Shown: positions 16,597-24,095 of the stretch, piece by piece
How positions within the stretch are numbered: the stretch's first letter is position 1
Layout of the letters: each line of letters opens with the position of its first letter
DNA from: Chlamydiota bacterium
Lineage (GTDB): Bacteria; Auribacterota; JACPWU01
Assembly: GCA_016196885.1 (NCBI GenBank)
Contig: JACPWU010000021.1
Location: 1 to 32,000, forward strand
Direction of reading: 5' to 3'
Length of the DNA: 32,000 nucleotides
Position numbers and translations under genes: made by a program
The notes under the pieces: generated by a model
Told to the model about the DNA's origin: nothing
Databases searched by the model: none
The model's input: only the letters and a program-made list of their open reading frames with translations

Positions 16597-17037
16597 CTAG
16601 GCCTTGACAACCACCACTTTTAATGAAGCTTCTACTTGGCTGTGTAATTTCACCGTGGCCTTAAAATCTCCAAGCGACTTAATCGCTTCTAAATGAATCT
16701 TCCTGCGATCTAACAAAATATCCTGTTTTTTTAAAGCTTGGGCCACATCTAAATGGGTCACAGAACCATACAATTTATTTTCTTTTCCCACACGTACGGG
16801 GATTTGACACTCCAAAGATTCCAGACGCGACTTTAAGGCTTGAGACTCTTCCAAAATCTTCTTCTCGGACGCCTCACGATTCTTAGCCACATCCTTCGCC
16901 ATGCGAATCACACCCTGATTCGCCAAGAGAGCCAAATGACGAGGAATCAAAAAATTACGGGCATACCCATCCGCCACTTTGACCACGGCACCTGCGTCAC
17001 CCAATTTTTCTATTTTCTCTAATAATAAAACTTCCAT
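16597..17037 (-). CDS. rplI: 50S ribosomal protein L9
   Basis: 146 aa beginning MEVLLLEKIEKLGDAGAVVKVADGYARNFLIP. AAGGAG lies upstream. It sits in the rpsF-ssb-rpsR-rplI order. Confidence 0.93.
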   Translation of the reverse strand: MEVLLLEKIEKLGDAGAVVKVADGYARNFLIPRHLALLANQGVIRMAKDVAKNREASEKKILEESQALKSRLESLECQIPVRVGKENKLYGSVTHLDVAQALKKQDILLDRRKIHLEAIKSLGDFKATVKLHSQVEASLKVVVVKA

Positions 17038-17056
17038 AATTGCTTATCTCCTTAAA

Positions 17057-17123
17057 ACAGCGGTCAGCATTCAGTGTTCAGCAAAAAAATAAACTCCCTA
17101 TAAAACTGAACGCTAAACGCTGT
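17057..17123. repeat. Periodic-arm hairpin G (7-nt unit)
   Basis: Left arm reads acagcgg/tcagcat/tcagtgt/tcagc. Right arm reads ctgaacg/ctaaacg/ctgt. The loop is A-rich. Confidence 0.85.
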
Positions 17124-17126
17124 CTT

Positions 17127-17429
17127 TTATTGATCAATCACATGCGGGATCAGAGCAATATACCTCGCCCTTTTCACGGCCTCTGCCAATTGCCGTTCAT
17201 GAGAAGAGCAATTCCCTGTGATTCTTCGAGGAATGATTTTCCCACGCTCCGTCAAATTTTTTCTCAAGCGATTCGTGTCTTTGTAATCAATGGCCTCGAC
17301 ATTATCCAAGCAAAACTTACACTTCTTCTTGCGAATCACCTTCTCTTCGCGTTCGGCTTTACGATCCTCACGCTTCTTATCATCTCTTCTGCGATCATCT
17401 CTGTCTCTAAAAAACATGTTTCTTTCCAT
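17127..17429 (-). CDS. rpsR: 30S ribosomal protein S18 (with Arg/Asp/Lys-rich N-terminal extension)
   Basis: The S18 core CKFC...IDYKD...[14 protein letters not shown]...[19 protein letters not shown] is present. About 35 highly charged residues precede it. AAGGGGA lies upstream of the ATG. Confidence 0.92.
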   Translation of the reverse strand: MERNMFFRDRDDRRRDDKKREDRKAEREEKVIRKKKCKFCLDNVEAIDYKDTNRLRKNLTERGKIIPRRITGNCSSHERQLAEAVKRARYIALIPHVIDQ

Positions 17430-17446
17430 AACTTCCCCTTTATTAT

Positions 17447-17530
17447 GTACCGATGTGCCGATGTGTCAATGCGCCGATGTGCCGATGAAATCAATCATTT
17501 TTTGACATCGGTACATTGGCACATCGGCAC
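17447..17530. repeat. Periodic-arm hairpin H (8-nt unit)
   Basis: Left arm reads ccgatgtg/ccgatgtg/tcaatgcg/ccgatgtg/ccgatg. Right arm reads gacatcgg/tacattgg/cacatcgg/cac. Confidence 0.9.
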
Positions 17531-17537
17531 AATTTAC

Positions 17538-17963
17538 TCAAAAAGGAATATCATCCTCGGACGGATGCTCTTCTTCAGCTTCCACCCCTGCCTCTCTGGC
17601 AGGAACCGTTGCCTCTTGTGGAGAGGATCCCTTGGGACGACCTAAAAATTGAATCCGATTGGCACTGACCTTCAAACGGCTCCTCTTCTCCCCTTCTTTC
17701 GTCTCCCAAGAATCCAGCTGGAGGCGCCCCTCGACTAAAATCGGAGAACCCTTTGTCAAATACTGACCCGCCGTTTCCGCCTGACGGCCCCAGACCACAA
17801 TATCCACAAAACAAACTTCTTCTTTCTTTTCTCCTGTCTTTGAAAGGTAAACACGGCTCGTGGCCAAACCCAGATCTGCGACCGCTTGTCCCCCAGACGT
17901 GTATCTCACTTCAGGATCCCTTGTGAGCCGACCCACCAAAAAAACACGATTTAGATCTGCCAT
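17538..17963 (-). CDS. ssb: Single-stranded DNA-binding protein
   Basis: The OB-fold N-terminus LNRVFLVGRLTRDPEVRYT and the acidic C-terminal tip DDIPF are present. The start is set to ATG 17963, which has AAGGAGG 5 nt upstream. Confidence 0.93.
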   Translation of the reverse strand: MADLNRVFLVGRLTRDPEVRYTSGGQAVADLGLATSRVYLSKTGEKKEEVCFVDIVVWGRQAETAGQYLTKGSPILVEGRLQLDSWETKEGEKRSRLKVSANRIQFLGRPKGSSPQEATVPAREAGVEAEEEHPSEDDIPF

Positions 17964-18027
17964 ACACACCTCCTTTTCCGAGCCGGCGGCTTTTAATATT
18001 TAACAGTTATACGCCCTCGATGGCCCT

Positions 18028-18136
18028 GGTAGTCGCCCGATTCATCGGGCAATCCCTTGTAGTCACCCGATTCATCGGGCAAGATCCATGCAAGGGGCAA
18101 GGGACACGGCCCCATCCATGGGGCGACTGCAAATTC
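18028..18136. repeat. REP/MITE-like palindromic element, copy 1 (first module tandemly duplicated)
   Basis: Reads ggTAGTCGCCCGATTCATCGGGCAA, then a duplicated module gTAGTCaCCCGATTCATCGGGCAA, then TCCATGCAAGGGGCA..GGCCCCATCCATGGGGCGACTgCAAATTC. Sub-hairpins are gcccgat-tca-tcgggc and gccccat..atggggc. Termini tagtcgcc / ggcgact are inverted. A homolog in opposite orientation lies at 25270-25343. Confidence 0.85.
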
Positions 18137-18151
18137 TTCAAAAGCGCTTGA

Positions 18152-18433
18152 TTAATTCTTAATCAGGAGATATCTCAACACCTGAGCAGAAGTCCTAAGT
18201 TTGCTCTCCATCTTGCGCACGCCTTCAGAGGAAGATTGAAAGACCAAAAGGACATAAGTCCCTTCCCGAAATCCTTTCACTTTATAAGAAAGCATTTTCT
18301 TTCCTTGAATCTCACGAGTTTGAACACTTCCCCCCGCACTTGCCAATTCAGTCTCGAATCCTTTAACCCATTTCTCTGCCTCAGCATCCTGCAAAGCTGG
18401 ATCTAAAATCATCATGGTTTCGTAGTTCTTCAA
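18152..18433 (-). CDS. rpsF: 30S ribosomal protein S6
   Basis: 93 aa with the typical S6 N-terminus (M)KNYETMMILDP. The start codon is TTG, preceded by AAGGAGG. Confidence 0.9.
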   Translation of the reverse strand: MKNYETMMILDPALQDAEAEKWVKGFETELASAGGSVQTREIQGKKMLSYKVKGFREGTYVLLVFQSSSEGVRKMESKLRTSAQVLRYLLIKN

Positions 18434-18451
18434 AACAAACCTCCTTTAAAT

Positions 18452-18536
18452 GAGCGTACAGCGTTGAGCGGACAGCGTACAGAAAAACAAATCCGCTCCC
18501 TGTAAACTAAACGCTAAACGCTGTCCGCTGAACGCT
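18452..18536. repeat. Periodic-arm hairpin J (7-nt unit); right arm overlaps the pth 3' end
   Basis: Left arm reads gagcgta/cagcgtt/gagcgga/cagcgta/cag. Right arm reads ctgtaaa/ctaaacg/ctaaacg/ctgtccg/ctgaacg/ct. The loop contains AAATCC (18489-18494). Confidence 0.9.
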
Positions 18537-19122
18537 TATTTTTCTCTTTCGACTGAGCGTCACTCAAACATTTCTCAGCGGTATCAAGACCTTCCCCCAC
18601 AAAGGCCATGACAAATTTGCAGGCCTTCTGAACCATTTTCTCAGTGCTGTCTAATTCGGACAAAGAAAAGGGACTCAACACATGCTTGGCATAATCTTCC
18701 TCTTTGTCCTCGGGAAGACCTACCCCCATGCGAAGCCTTGGAATTTCAAGGGTTGCACATGATTCCAAAATCGAAAGAAGACCCTTATGCCCGCCGGAAC
18801 TCCCTCGGGGCCGAAAACGCAAATGGCCCAGCTTCAAAAAAACATCGTCTAGTATAACCAAACTCTCTTGGCCAGACAATTTAAAATATTCCAGAATCTT
18901 TCGAAACGCCCGGCCGCTGTGGTTCATGTAAGTGGCGGGTTTGACCAAAAGAAAATCCTGACCCGCTCTCTTTCCCTCAGCAACCAGGCTTTCCCATCTA
19001 GATTCACGACGGAAACGGATGTCACATGCCCTTGCCAATTCATCCATCACCCAAAATCCGACATTGTGCCGTGTCGCGTGATATTTTTCGTCAGGATTGC
19101 CCAGGCCCACCAACATCCTCAT
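18514..19122 (-). CDS. pth: Peptidyl-tRNA hydrolase
   Basis: Has the motif MLVGLGNPDEKYHATRHNVGF. The start is trimmed to ATG 19122, which has GGGAG upstream. The ORF-track TTG at 19185 lies inside hairpin K. Confidence 0.92.
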   Translation of the reverse strand: MRMLVGLGNPDEKYHATRHNVGFWVMDELARACDIRFRRESRWESLVAEGKRAGQDFLLVKPATYMNHSGRAFRKILEYFKLSGQESLVILDDVFLKLGHLRFRPRGSSGGHKGLLSILESCATLEIPRLRMGVGLPEDKEEDYAKHVLSPFSLSELDSTEKMVQKACKFVMAFVGEGLDTAEKCLSDAQSKEKNKRSADSV

Positions 19123-19123
19123 A

Positions 19124-19244
19124 ATGACCAATCTCCCATTTCCAATGACAAATAAATGACCAACACCCCATTTCCAACGATTCAAGATGTGGGAAATGAG
19201 TCATTGGAGAATTGGAAATTAATTTGACATTTGTTATTGGTCAT
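19124..19244. repeat. Periodic/scrambled-word hairpin K
   Basis: Left arm reads atgaccaat..catttccaatgac..atgaccaac..catttccaac. Right arm reads gtgggaaatgagtcattggagaattggaaat...ttattggtcat. The arm ends are complementary and the interior reuses the same words in a different order. Confidence 0.7.
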
Positions 19245-19252
19245 TGATCGAT

Positions 19253-19993
19253 TTATTTCTTCTTCTCAGCTTCTTTTCCTTCCCCTTCCTTCTTCTGGGC
19301 CGCGGGTTCTTTCTTCTCACCCTTTTCAAGAGGAGCCGCCGCACCTTCAGCTCCCTCAGCAGGCTCCTTCGCCTTACCGATGACCTCAGGCTCCGTAATC
19401 TCGGCTTCCTTCGGTGTCTCTTCTTCCATCTTCGGCAATGCCACGGAGAAAACGCTGATCTCCTTGGCGGTCAAAATGTCCACACCCTCGGGAGGAACAA
19501 TATCCCGAACGGAAATCGAGGCGCCTAAATTTAAATTTGAAACATCCACCACCAGGACTTGTGGAATGTTCATGGGCAAACACTCAATTTCTACTTCGCG
19601 CAAGGTACATTCCAAAACACCGCCCTCTTGTGTCACCCCCATGGGATCGCCTTTGCCCTCGACACGAACCTTCGTTCGCAATTTCTTTTCCATGGAAACT
19701 TCCTGAAAATCCACATGAATCACACAATCCTTCAAGGGATCCATCTGGACATCGCGAATCAAGGCCATTCTTCCCTTTTTCGTTTCTTGATTTTCCAAAT
19801 CCAGCCGTACAATCAAATTTTCAAAGGCATGCCCCTTCACCACTTTTCCAAAATCCTTGGCGTCCATTTTAATCGCCGTTGCGGGCTTCCCATCCCCATA
19901 AATGACCGCGGGAATAAACCCCGCGCGGCGCAGCCGCTCAACAGATTTTCCTTTTTCCTGCCTCTCTTCAGCCTTCAACAAAAGATCCGCCAT
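19253..19993 (-). CDS. rplY: 50S ribosomal protein L25 / general stress protein Ctc
   Basis: 246 aa. The N-terminal L25 domain (RRAGFIPAVIYG) and the Ctc-type second domain are present, followed by an Ala/Glu/Lys/Pro-rich tail. AAGGAGGGG lies upstream. Confidence 0.88.
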   Translation of the reverse strand: MADLLLKAEERQEKGKSVERLRRAGFIPAVIYGDGKPATAIKMDAKDFGKVVKGHAFENLIVRLDLENQETKKGRMALIRDVQMDPLKDCVIHVDFQEVSMEKKLRTKVRVEGKGDPMGVTQEGGVLECTLREVEIECLPMNIPQVLVVDVSNLNLGASISVRDIVPPEGVDILTAKEISVFSVALPKMEEETPKEAEITEPEVIGKAKEPAEGAEGAAAPLEKGEKKEPAAQKKEGEGKEAEKKK

Positions 19994-20002
19994 AACCCCT
20001 CC

Positions 20003-20938
20003 TTATAAAAACAGCGAACTCACAGATTCATTCTCATGAATGCGTCGAATCGCCTCTCCTAAAAGTTCAGAAACGGTTAACACCTTAATTTTTCCATCCA
20101 ACTTTTTATCCTTCAAAGGGATGCTATCTGTCACCAGCAATTCCTTGATATGGGCCTTTTGAATTCTCTCTACTGCAGGGCCTGAAAGAATCGCATGGGC
20201 TGCTGTAGCGTAAATTTCGCTCGCCCCATTTTCATGCACAATTTTAGCGGCCTCGGCCAAGGATCCCGCCGTCGCAATCATGTCATCCACAATAATCGCG
20301 GCCTTTCCCCTGACATCCCCAATCAAATGAAGCACCTCCGCATCCGTTGCATTTACACGCCTCTTATCTACAATCGCCAAATCAGCTCCCAGCCTTGTTG
20401 CAAAGGCCCGGGCCCGCTTAATCCCTCCCACATCGGGAGTCACAATGACCCTGTTCTTTAAATTCAAGTCCTTTAAATAACGAATAAAAACCGGTGCCGA
20501 AAAAAGATGATCCAAGGGAATATCGAAAAATCCCTGAATCTGATCCGCATGTAAATCCATCGTCAAAACACGATCCGCACCGGCCGCCGTAATTAAATTG
20601 GCCACGAGCTTCGCCGTGATGGGAACCCGGGGCCTGTCCTTGCGATCCTGCCGTGCATACCCATAAAAAGGAAGCACCACGGTAAGCCTCGCCCCTGAGG
20701 CCCGGACAATGGCATCCATGATAATCAAAAGCTCCATCATGTTTTCATTGGCCGGGGGACACGTGGACTGCACCACGAAAACATCCCGCCCCCGAATGTC
20801 TTGATTGATGCGAACAAAAATCTCCCCCTCGCTGAACCTGGAAATCTCAATTTCGCCCAAGGGGATTTTTAAATAATCCGCGATTCTTTTCGCCAACTCA
20901 GGATTCGACGTACCTGAGAAAATGACCATTTCTTTCAT
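20003..20938 (-). CDS. prs: Ribose-phosphate pyrophosphokinase
   Basis: 311 aa with the PRPP-binding loop IIVDDMIATAGS and motifs YARQDRK and HADQIQGFF. Confidence 0.95.
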   Translation of the reverse strand: MKEMVIFSGTSNPELAKRIADYLKIPLGEIEISRFSEGEIFVRINQDIRGRDVFVVQSTCPPANENMMELLIIMDAIVRASGARLTVVLPFYGYARQDRKDRPRVPITAKLVANLITAAGADRVLTMDLHADQIQGFFDIPLDHLFSAPVFIRYLKDLNLKNRVIVTPDVGGIKRARAFATRLGADLAIVDKRRVNATDAEVLHLIGDVRGKAAIIVDDMIATAGSLAEAAKIVHENGASEIYATAAHAILSGPAVERIQKAHIKELLVTDSIPLKDKKLDGKIKVLTVSELLGEAIRRIHENESVSSLFL

Positions 20939-20955
20939 ATCACACCTTTTAAAAT

Positions 20956-21046
20956 AGAAGTCAGAATTCAGAAGTCAGAATAATAAGGAGGTTATTTTAT
21001 TCTGAATTCTGTCTTCTTACTTCTGTTTTCTGACTTCTGAATTCTG
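20956..21046. repeat. Periodic-arm hairpin L (7-nt unit); right arm overlaps the glmU 3' end
   Basis: Left arm reads agaagtc/agaattc/agaagtc/agaataa. Right arm reads ttattct/gaattct/gtcttct/tacttct/gttttct/gacttct/gaattct. Confidence 0.9.
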
Positions 21047-22297
21047 TTGTAATATCTTCGCCGGCACTCCCACCACCACAGCTCCATCTGGAATATTTTT
21101 CCCGCGTGTCACCACAGCACCCGCTCCCGTCACCGCCCTTTTCCCCATCTGCACAGGTGCCACAAAAATGGTCCCGCTTCCGACAAAAGCCCCTTCATCA
21201 ATCTGAGTTGTGTGTTTGGCCTCCCCATCATAATTGGCCGTGATCGTTCCTGCGCCTACATTCACATGAGGACCCACTTGGGCATTCCCCAAATAGGTCA
21301 AATGCTTTGCCTTCGTCCCCTCTCCTATTTGAGAAGCCTTTACCTCCACAAAATTTCCAATCTCCACGCGGTCGGATAAATTTGTCCCCCCGCGAATATG
21401 GGTAAAGGGTCCAATCTCGCATGAGCGACCGATCTTCACCTCTCCTTCAATGACCGTAAAAGGATGAATCACCGAATCTTGTCCAATCTCTACCGTTTCA
21501 TCAATGAAGGTAGAGGCAGGATCTATCAGCGTCACTCCCTGATACATCAAGTTTTCCAGCACTCTTTGACGCAAGACTTTTTCGGCTTGCGCCAACTGAG
21601 CCCTGGAATTGATGCCCATGATCTCATGGGCATCATCCACACAATACGCGGATATGGGCTTATTTTGAAGAGCTAAAATCTGAATCGCATCGGTCAAATA
21701 AAGCTCATTTTTCTCCGGATGAATTTGAATTTCATTCAGCGCATCCTGAAGGGCCGGCCAATCAAAACAATAGGTTCCGGAGTTAATTTCCTCAATGGCC
21801 TTTTCGTAAACCGTTGCGTGAGCCTCTTCTACAACACTAATCACTTCATCGTTACCACCGCGGACAATACGGCCATAACCGGTTGGATTAGGAAGCCTCC
21901 CTGTCAAAATCGCTCCATAGTATTGATCTTGCTCATGTTTTTCAACAAATTTTTTCAAAGTTTCTAAACGAAGGAGTGGGGCATCCGCACATAAAATTAA
22001 AACATCCCCCTGCCATTTTTTTAAAAAGGACCGAGCTGCCAGCACGGCATGCGCTGTCCCGAGGGGTTTTTCTTGAACTGCAAATTCAAAACCGGCGGGT
22101 AACTCTTTCTCAAGGGCCTCCCCTTGAGGACTCACAACCACAATTTTTTTCTCCAGAGGTAAACCCCCACACAGCTCTGCACTACGGCGAATCAAAGACT
22201 TTCCACATACTTGATGAAGCACCTTGGGAATAGAAGATTTCATCCTCTTGCCCTCTCCCGCCGCTAAAATAATGGCGATCATGCCTTTTTTCTCCAT
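21017..22297 (-). CDS. glmU: Bifunctional GlcNAc-1-P uridyltransferase / GlcN-1-P acetyltransferase
   Basis: 426 aa with the N-terminal LAAGEGKRMKSSIPKVLH nucleotidyltransferase motif and a C-terminal LbH acetyltransferase domain. It sits in a glmU-prs-ctc-pth order. Confidence 0.9.
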   Translation of the reverse strand: MEKKGMIAIILAAGEGKRMKSSIPKVLHQVCGKSLIRRSAELCGGLPLEKKIVVVSPQGEALEKELPAGFEFAVQEKPLGTAHAVLAARSFLKKWQGDVLILCADAPLLRLETLKKFVEKHEQDQYYGAILTGRLPNPTGYGRIVRGGNDEVISVVEEAHATVYEKAIEEINSGTYCFDWPALQDALNEIQIHPEKNELYLTDAIQILALQNKPISAYCVDDAHEIMGINSRAQLAQAEKVLRQRVLENLMYQGVTLIDPASTFIDETVEIGQDSVIHPFTVIEGEVKIGRSCEIGPFTHIRGGTNLSDRVEIGNFVEVKASQIGEGTKAKHLTYLGNAQVGPHVNVGAGTITANYDGEAKHTTQIDEGAFVGSGTIFVAPVQMGKRAVTGAGAVVTRGKNIPDGAVVVGVPAKILQQNSEVRKQK

Positions 22298-22427
22298 GAA
22301 TCACTCCGAAAGTTGGCTAAAATTAGGATTTCGAATTTCGTGTTTATTCCTAAATGGCATACCTCAAATATTTTTCACACTTTATGCTTCTCTCAACCCC
22401 TACTTCTCCTTTATACTCTCTTTCCAC

Positions 22428-22498
22428 TGCCCGGTGGTGTAATGGTAACACAGCAGTTTTTGGAGCTGCTTTTCTAGGTTCGAATCCTAGCCGGGCAG
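22428..22498 (+). tRNA. tRNA-Gln(UUG)
   Basis: Reads TGCCCGG-TG-GTGT-AATGGTA-ACAC-A-GCAGT-TTTTGGA-GCTGC-TTTT-CTAGG-TTCGAAT-CCTAG-CCGGGCA-G. The acceptor stem is a perfect 7 bp and the anticodon is TTG. No CCA is encoded. Confidence 0.9.
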
Positions 22499-22502
22499 CT
22501 TA

Positions 22503-22541
22503 AATACCGTTGATCGTGCAACGTTGTTCGTTCTTCGTTAA
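22503..22541. repeat. Solitary 39-nt heptad array (homolog of the left arm of hairpin F)
   Basis: Reads aataccgtt + gatcgtg/caacgtt/gttcgtt/cttcgtt + aa. It has the same length, ends and register as 12123-12161. I found no complementary arm nearby. Confidence 0.7.
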
Positions 22542-22650
22542 AAGCATGACCCTTCCTCGAAATACAAAATTAGGCCTTAGAATATATCTTAAAATAGAAA
22601 GATCGTCGAATTGAAAAAATCAGAGAAAAGCTCTTTGGGAGGGAAATTTT

Positions 22651-23037
22651 TTAACCCTTCTTTCTTTCCGCTTCGTAGGCCTCTAACACCTTTGTTTGAA
22701 TGTAATCTCTGGCTTCGACGGTGATGGGATGTGCAATGTCTCTATGATCTTCCTTGCGATCCTCGTCTTCTGAATGACCTTTCTCTGAAAGAGAGTGCTC
22801 GGGCAATTTCGCCCCGCACTGCGAACAAAACTTGCTCCGAACGGGCACTTTTTTATGACATTTCAGGCAGGGTTCCTTCATTTTCACACTGGGCATCGCA
22901 ACAAATAAACCCTTTTTTCCCTCAATGATTTTTAAATCCCTGACCACAAACATGTCATCAAAGGTGAGGGTGACAAAAGCTTTCAATTTATTGTCTTCGG
23001 ACTGCGTGAGATGAACTTTGACCTGTGTGATTTGCAT
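22651..23037 (-). CDS. spoVG: SpoVG-family protein with an inserted zinc-ribbon loop
   Basis: The SpoVG core is MQITQVKVHL...LKAFVTLTFDDMFVVRDLKIIEGKKGLFVAMPS ... RDIAHPIT. It is interrupted by about 47 aa containing CLKC-x10-CSQCGAKL. The start is ATG 23037 with GAGGTGAGG upstream. The ORF-track extension to 23169 overlaps ispE. Confidence 0.85.
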   Translation of the reverse strand: MQITQVKVHLTQSEDNKLKAFVTLTFDDMFVVRDLKIIEGKKGLFVAMPSVKMKEPCLKCHKKVPVRSKFCSQCGAKLPEHSLSEKGHSEDEDRKEDHRDIAHPITVEARDYIQTKVLEAYEAERKKG

Positions 23038-23047
23038 CGTCCTCACC

Positions 23048-23917
23048 TCATCTTCCAACTCGCGTCTCGCACACACATGTCCAACACTCAGGAAACTCGC
23101 TCTGAATGATCTTTCGAATCTCGCAAGCGCTAGTTTGAGAAGGGGCCAGGCCAAAAAGGGTGGGACCACTACCTGAAAGAAGCGACCCCACAGCCCCTGC
23201 TCTTCTCAACATCTCTTTCATCGAAACGAGTGGAGGAAATTTCTTTAAAACCACATCCTCTAAACGATTCAAAAGGTTGCTTGCAAGGTCCCCAAGACGC
23301 CCTTCCTTGAGCGCTCCAAGTACTATTTTAAGATCACCGGCGCCTTGAGTCAAGGTCAAATTCAATTTCCCATAAACCTCAGGCGTGGGAACTTTAAATC
23401 GGGGATTGACCAACACCAGAGAAAAAGGTTTTACCCCTTTTACTTCTTCCAAAATATCCCCGATGCCTCTTCCCAAGGCGGTACCCCCCGTGAGAAAAAA
23501 AGGGACATCGGCACCCAAGGATTGTGCGATTTGAAAACTTTTCTCGGGCGGTAAGCGCATTTGAAAAAGCCGCTCAAGACCCTGGAGCGTCCAAGCCGCA
23601 TTGCTCGAGCCCCCGCCCAGTCCTGCGGCCACGGGAATATTTTTTTGGATTCGGATGCGTACCCCCTTTTTGATTTTGGACGCTTCAAAAAAGGCCTGGG
23701 CCGCTGAAAAGGCCAAATTGCTAGGGCCCCTCGGAATGTCTGGATTCTCAGAAACAATCTCAATACCGGAAGAGATTTTTTCTAAAAAAATTTCATCCGC
23801 AAGCGTGATTTCTTGAAACACCGTTTCAATATCGTGATAGCCATCTTCCCTTTTGCGAAGCACCTCTAAATAGAGATTCACCTTGGCGGGAGAAAGAATA
23901 GCAATGGAATCACTCAT
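23048..23917 (-). CDS. ispE: 4-diphosphocytidyl-2-C-methyl-D-erythritol kinase
   Basis: 289 aa with motifs PAKVNLYLEVLRKREDGYHDI and the GHMP kinase loop PVAAGLGGGSSNAA. Confidence 0.9.
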   Translation of the reverse strand: MSDSIAILSPAKVNLYLEVLRKREDGYHDIETVFQEITLADEIFLEKISSGIEIVSENPDIPRGPSNLAFSAAQAFFEASKIKKGVRIRIQKNIPVAAGLGGGSSNAAWTLQGLERLFQMRLPPEKSFQIAQSLGADVPFFLTGGTALGRGIGDILEEVKGVKPFSLVLVNPRFKVPTPEVYGKLNLTLTQGAGDLKIVLGALKEGRLGDLASNLLNRLEDVVLKKFPPLVSMKEMLRRAGAVGSLLSGSGPTLFGLAPSQTSACEIRKIIQSEFPECWTCVCETRVGR

Positions 23918-24035
23918 GATGCGTCGCCCTTCATTTTATTTTTTCAATCTCTTTGACCTTGTTTCTCAATTTTTCATTCGCCTTACAATTGTTTCCGGGC
24001 TGCTCACCCCCTGGAGGAGGTGAACAGCCTGTCCG

Positions 24036-24072
24036 AAAAAAAGCCCCTGCTCATTTTAAGATAAGCAGGGGC
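24036..24072 (-). terminator. Rho-independent terminator after the small basic-protein gene
   Basis: Minus strand reads GCCCCUGCU-uaucuuaaaaug-AGCAGGGGC followed by UUUUUUU. The stem is a perfect 9 bp. This is the only classical stem-plus-U-tract terminator I see in the minus-strand array. Confidence 0.8.
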
Positions 24073-24095
24073 TCAAAAAAACGAAGAAAGACCCA

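Noticed and set aside
17514-17530. TGGCAC motif resembling the -24 element of a sigma-54 promoter
   Set aside because: The downstream sequence (atcgg-CACA) lacks the TTGC -12 element. The motif is simply a unit of hairpin H and lies on the non-coding strand.
17040-17645. 201-aa plus-strand ORF spanning two hairpins and antisense rpsR
   Set aside because: It runs through hairpins G and H and the antisense strand of rpsR and ssb. It is a TTG-initiated frame with no coding signature.
18028-18090. Two tandem copies of gtagtcRcccgattcatcgggcaa, a possible mini CRISPR array
   Set aside because: There are only two units, spaced 32 nt start to start, with essentially no spacer between them. The same module occurs singly at 25321-25343 as part of a larger palindromic element. 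No cas genes are nearby.
20981-21000. Perfect Shine-Dalgarno sequence TAAGGAGG on the plus strand in the loop of hairpin L
   Set aside because: No ATG, GTG or TTG lies at a usable distance and no ORF follows. In the mRNA sense it reads ACCUCCUUA, an anti-SD look-alike, which might pair with the prs ribosome-binding site. With only about 4 bp of possible pairing I consider this unsupported.
23998-24029. Second hairpin (ggctgctcacc-ccctggagga-ggtgaacagcc, 10 of 11 bp) just downstream of the terminator and upstream of ispE
   Set aside because: It has no U-tract, no periodic arms and no recognisable riboswitch or leader motif. It is real as a structure, but I cannot assign a function. I also found no convincing ispE promoter in 23918-24034.
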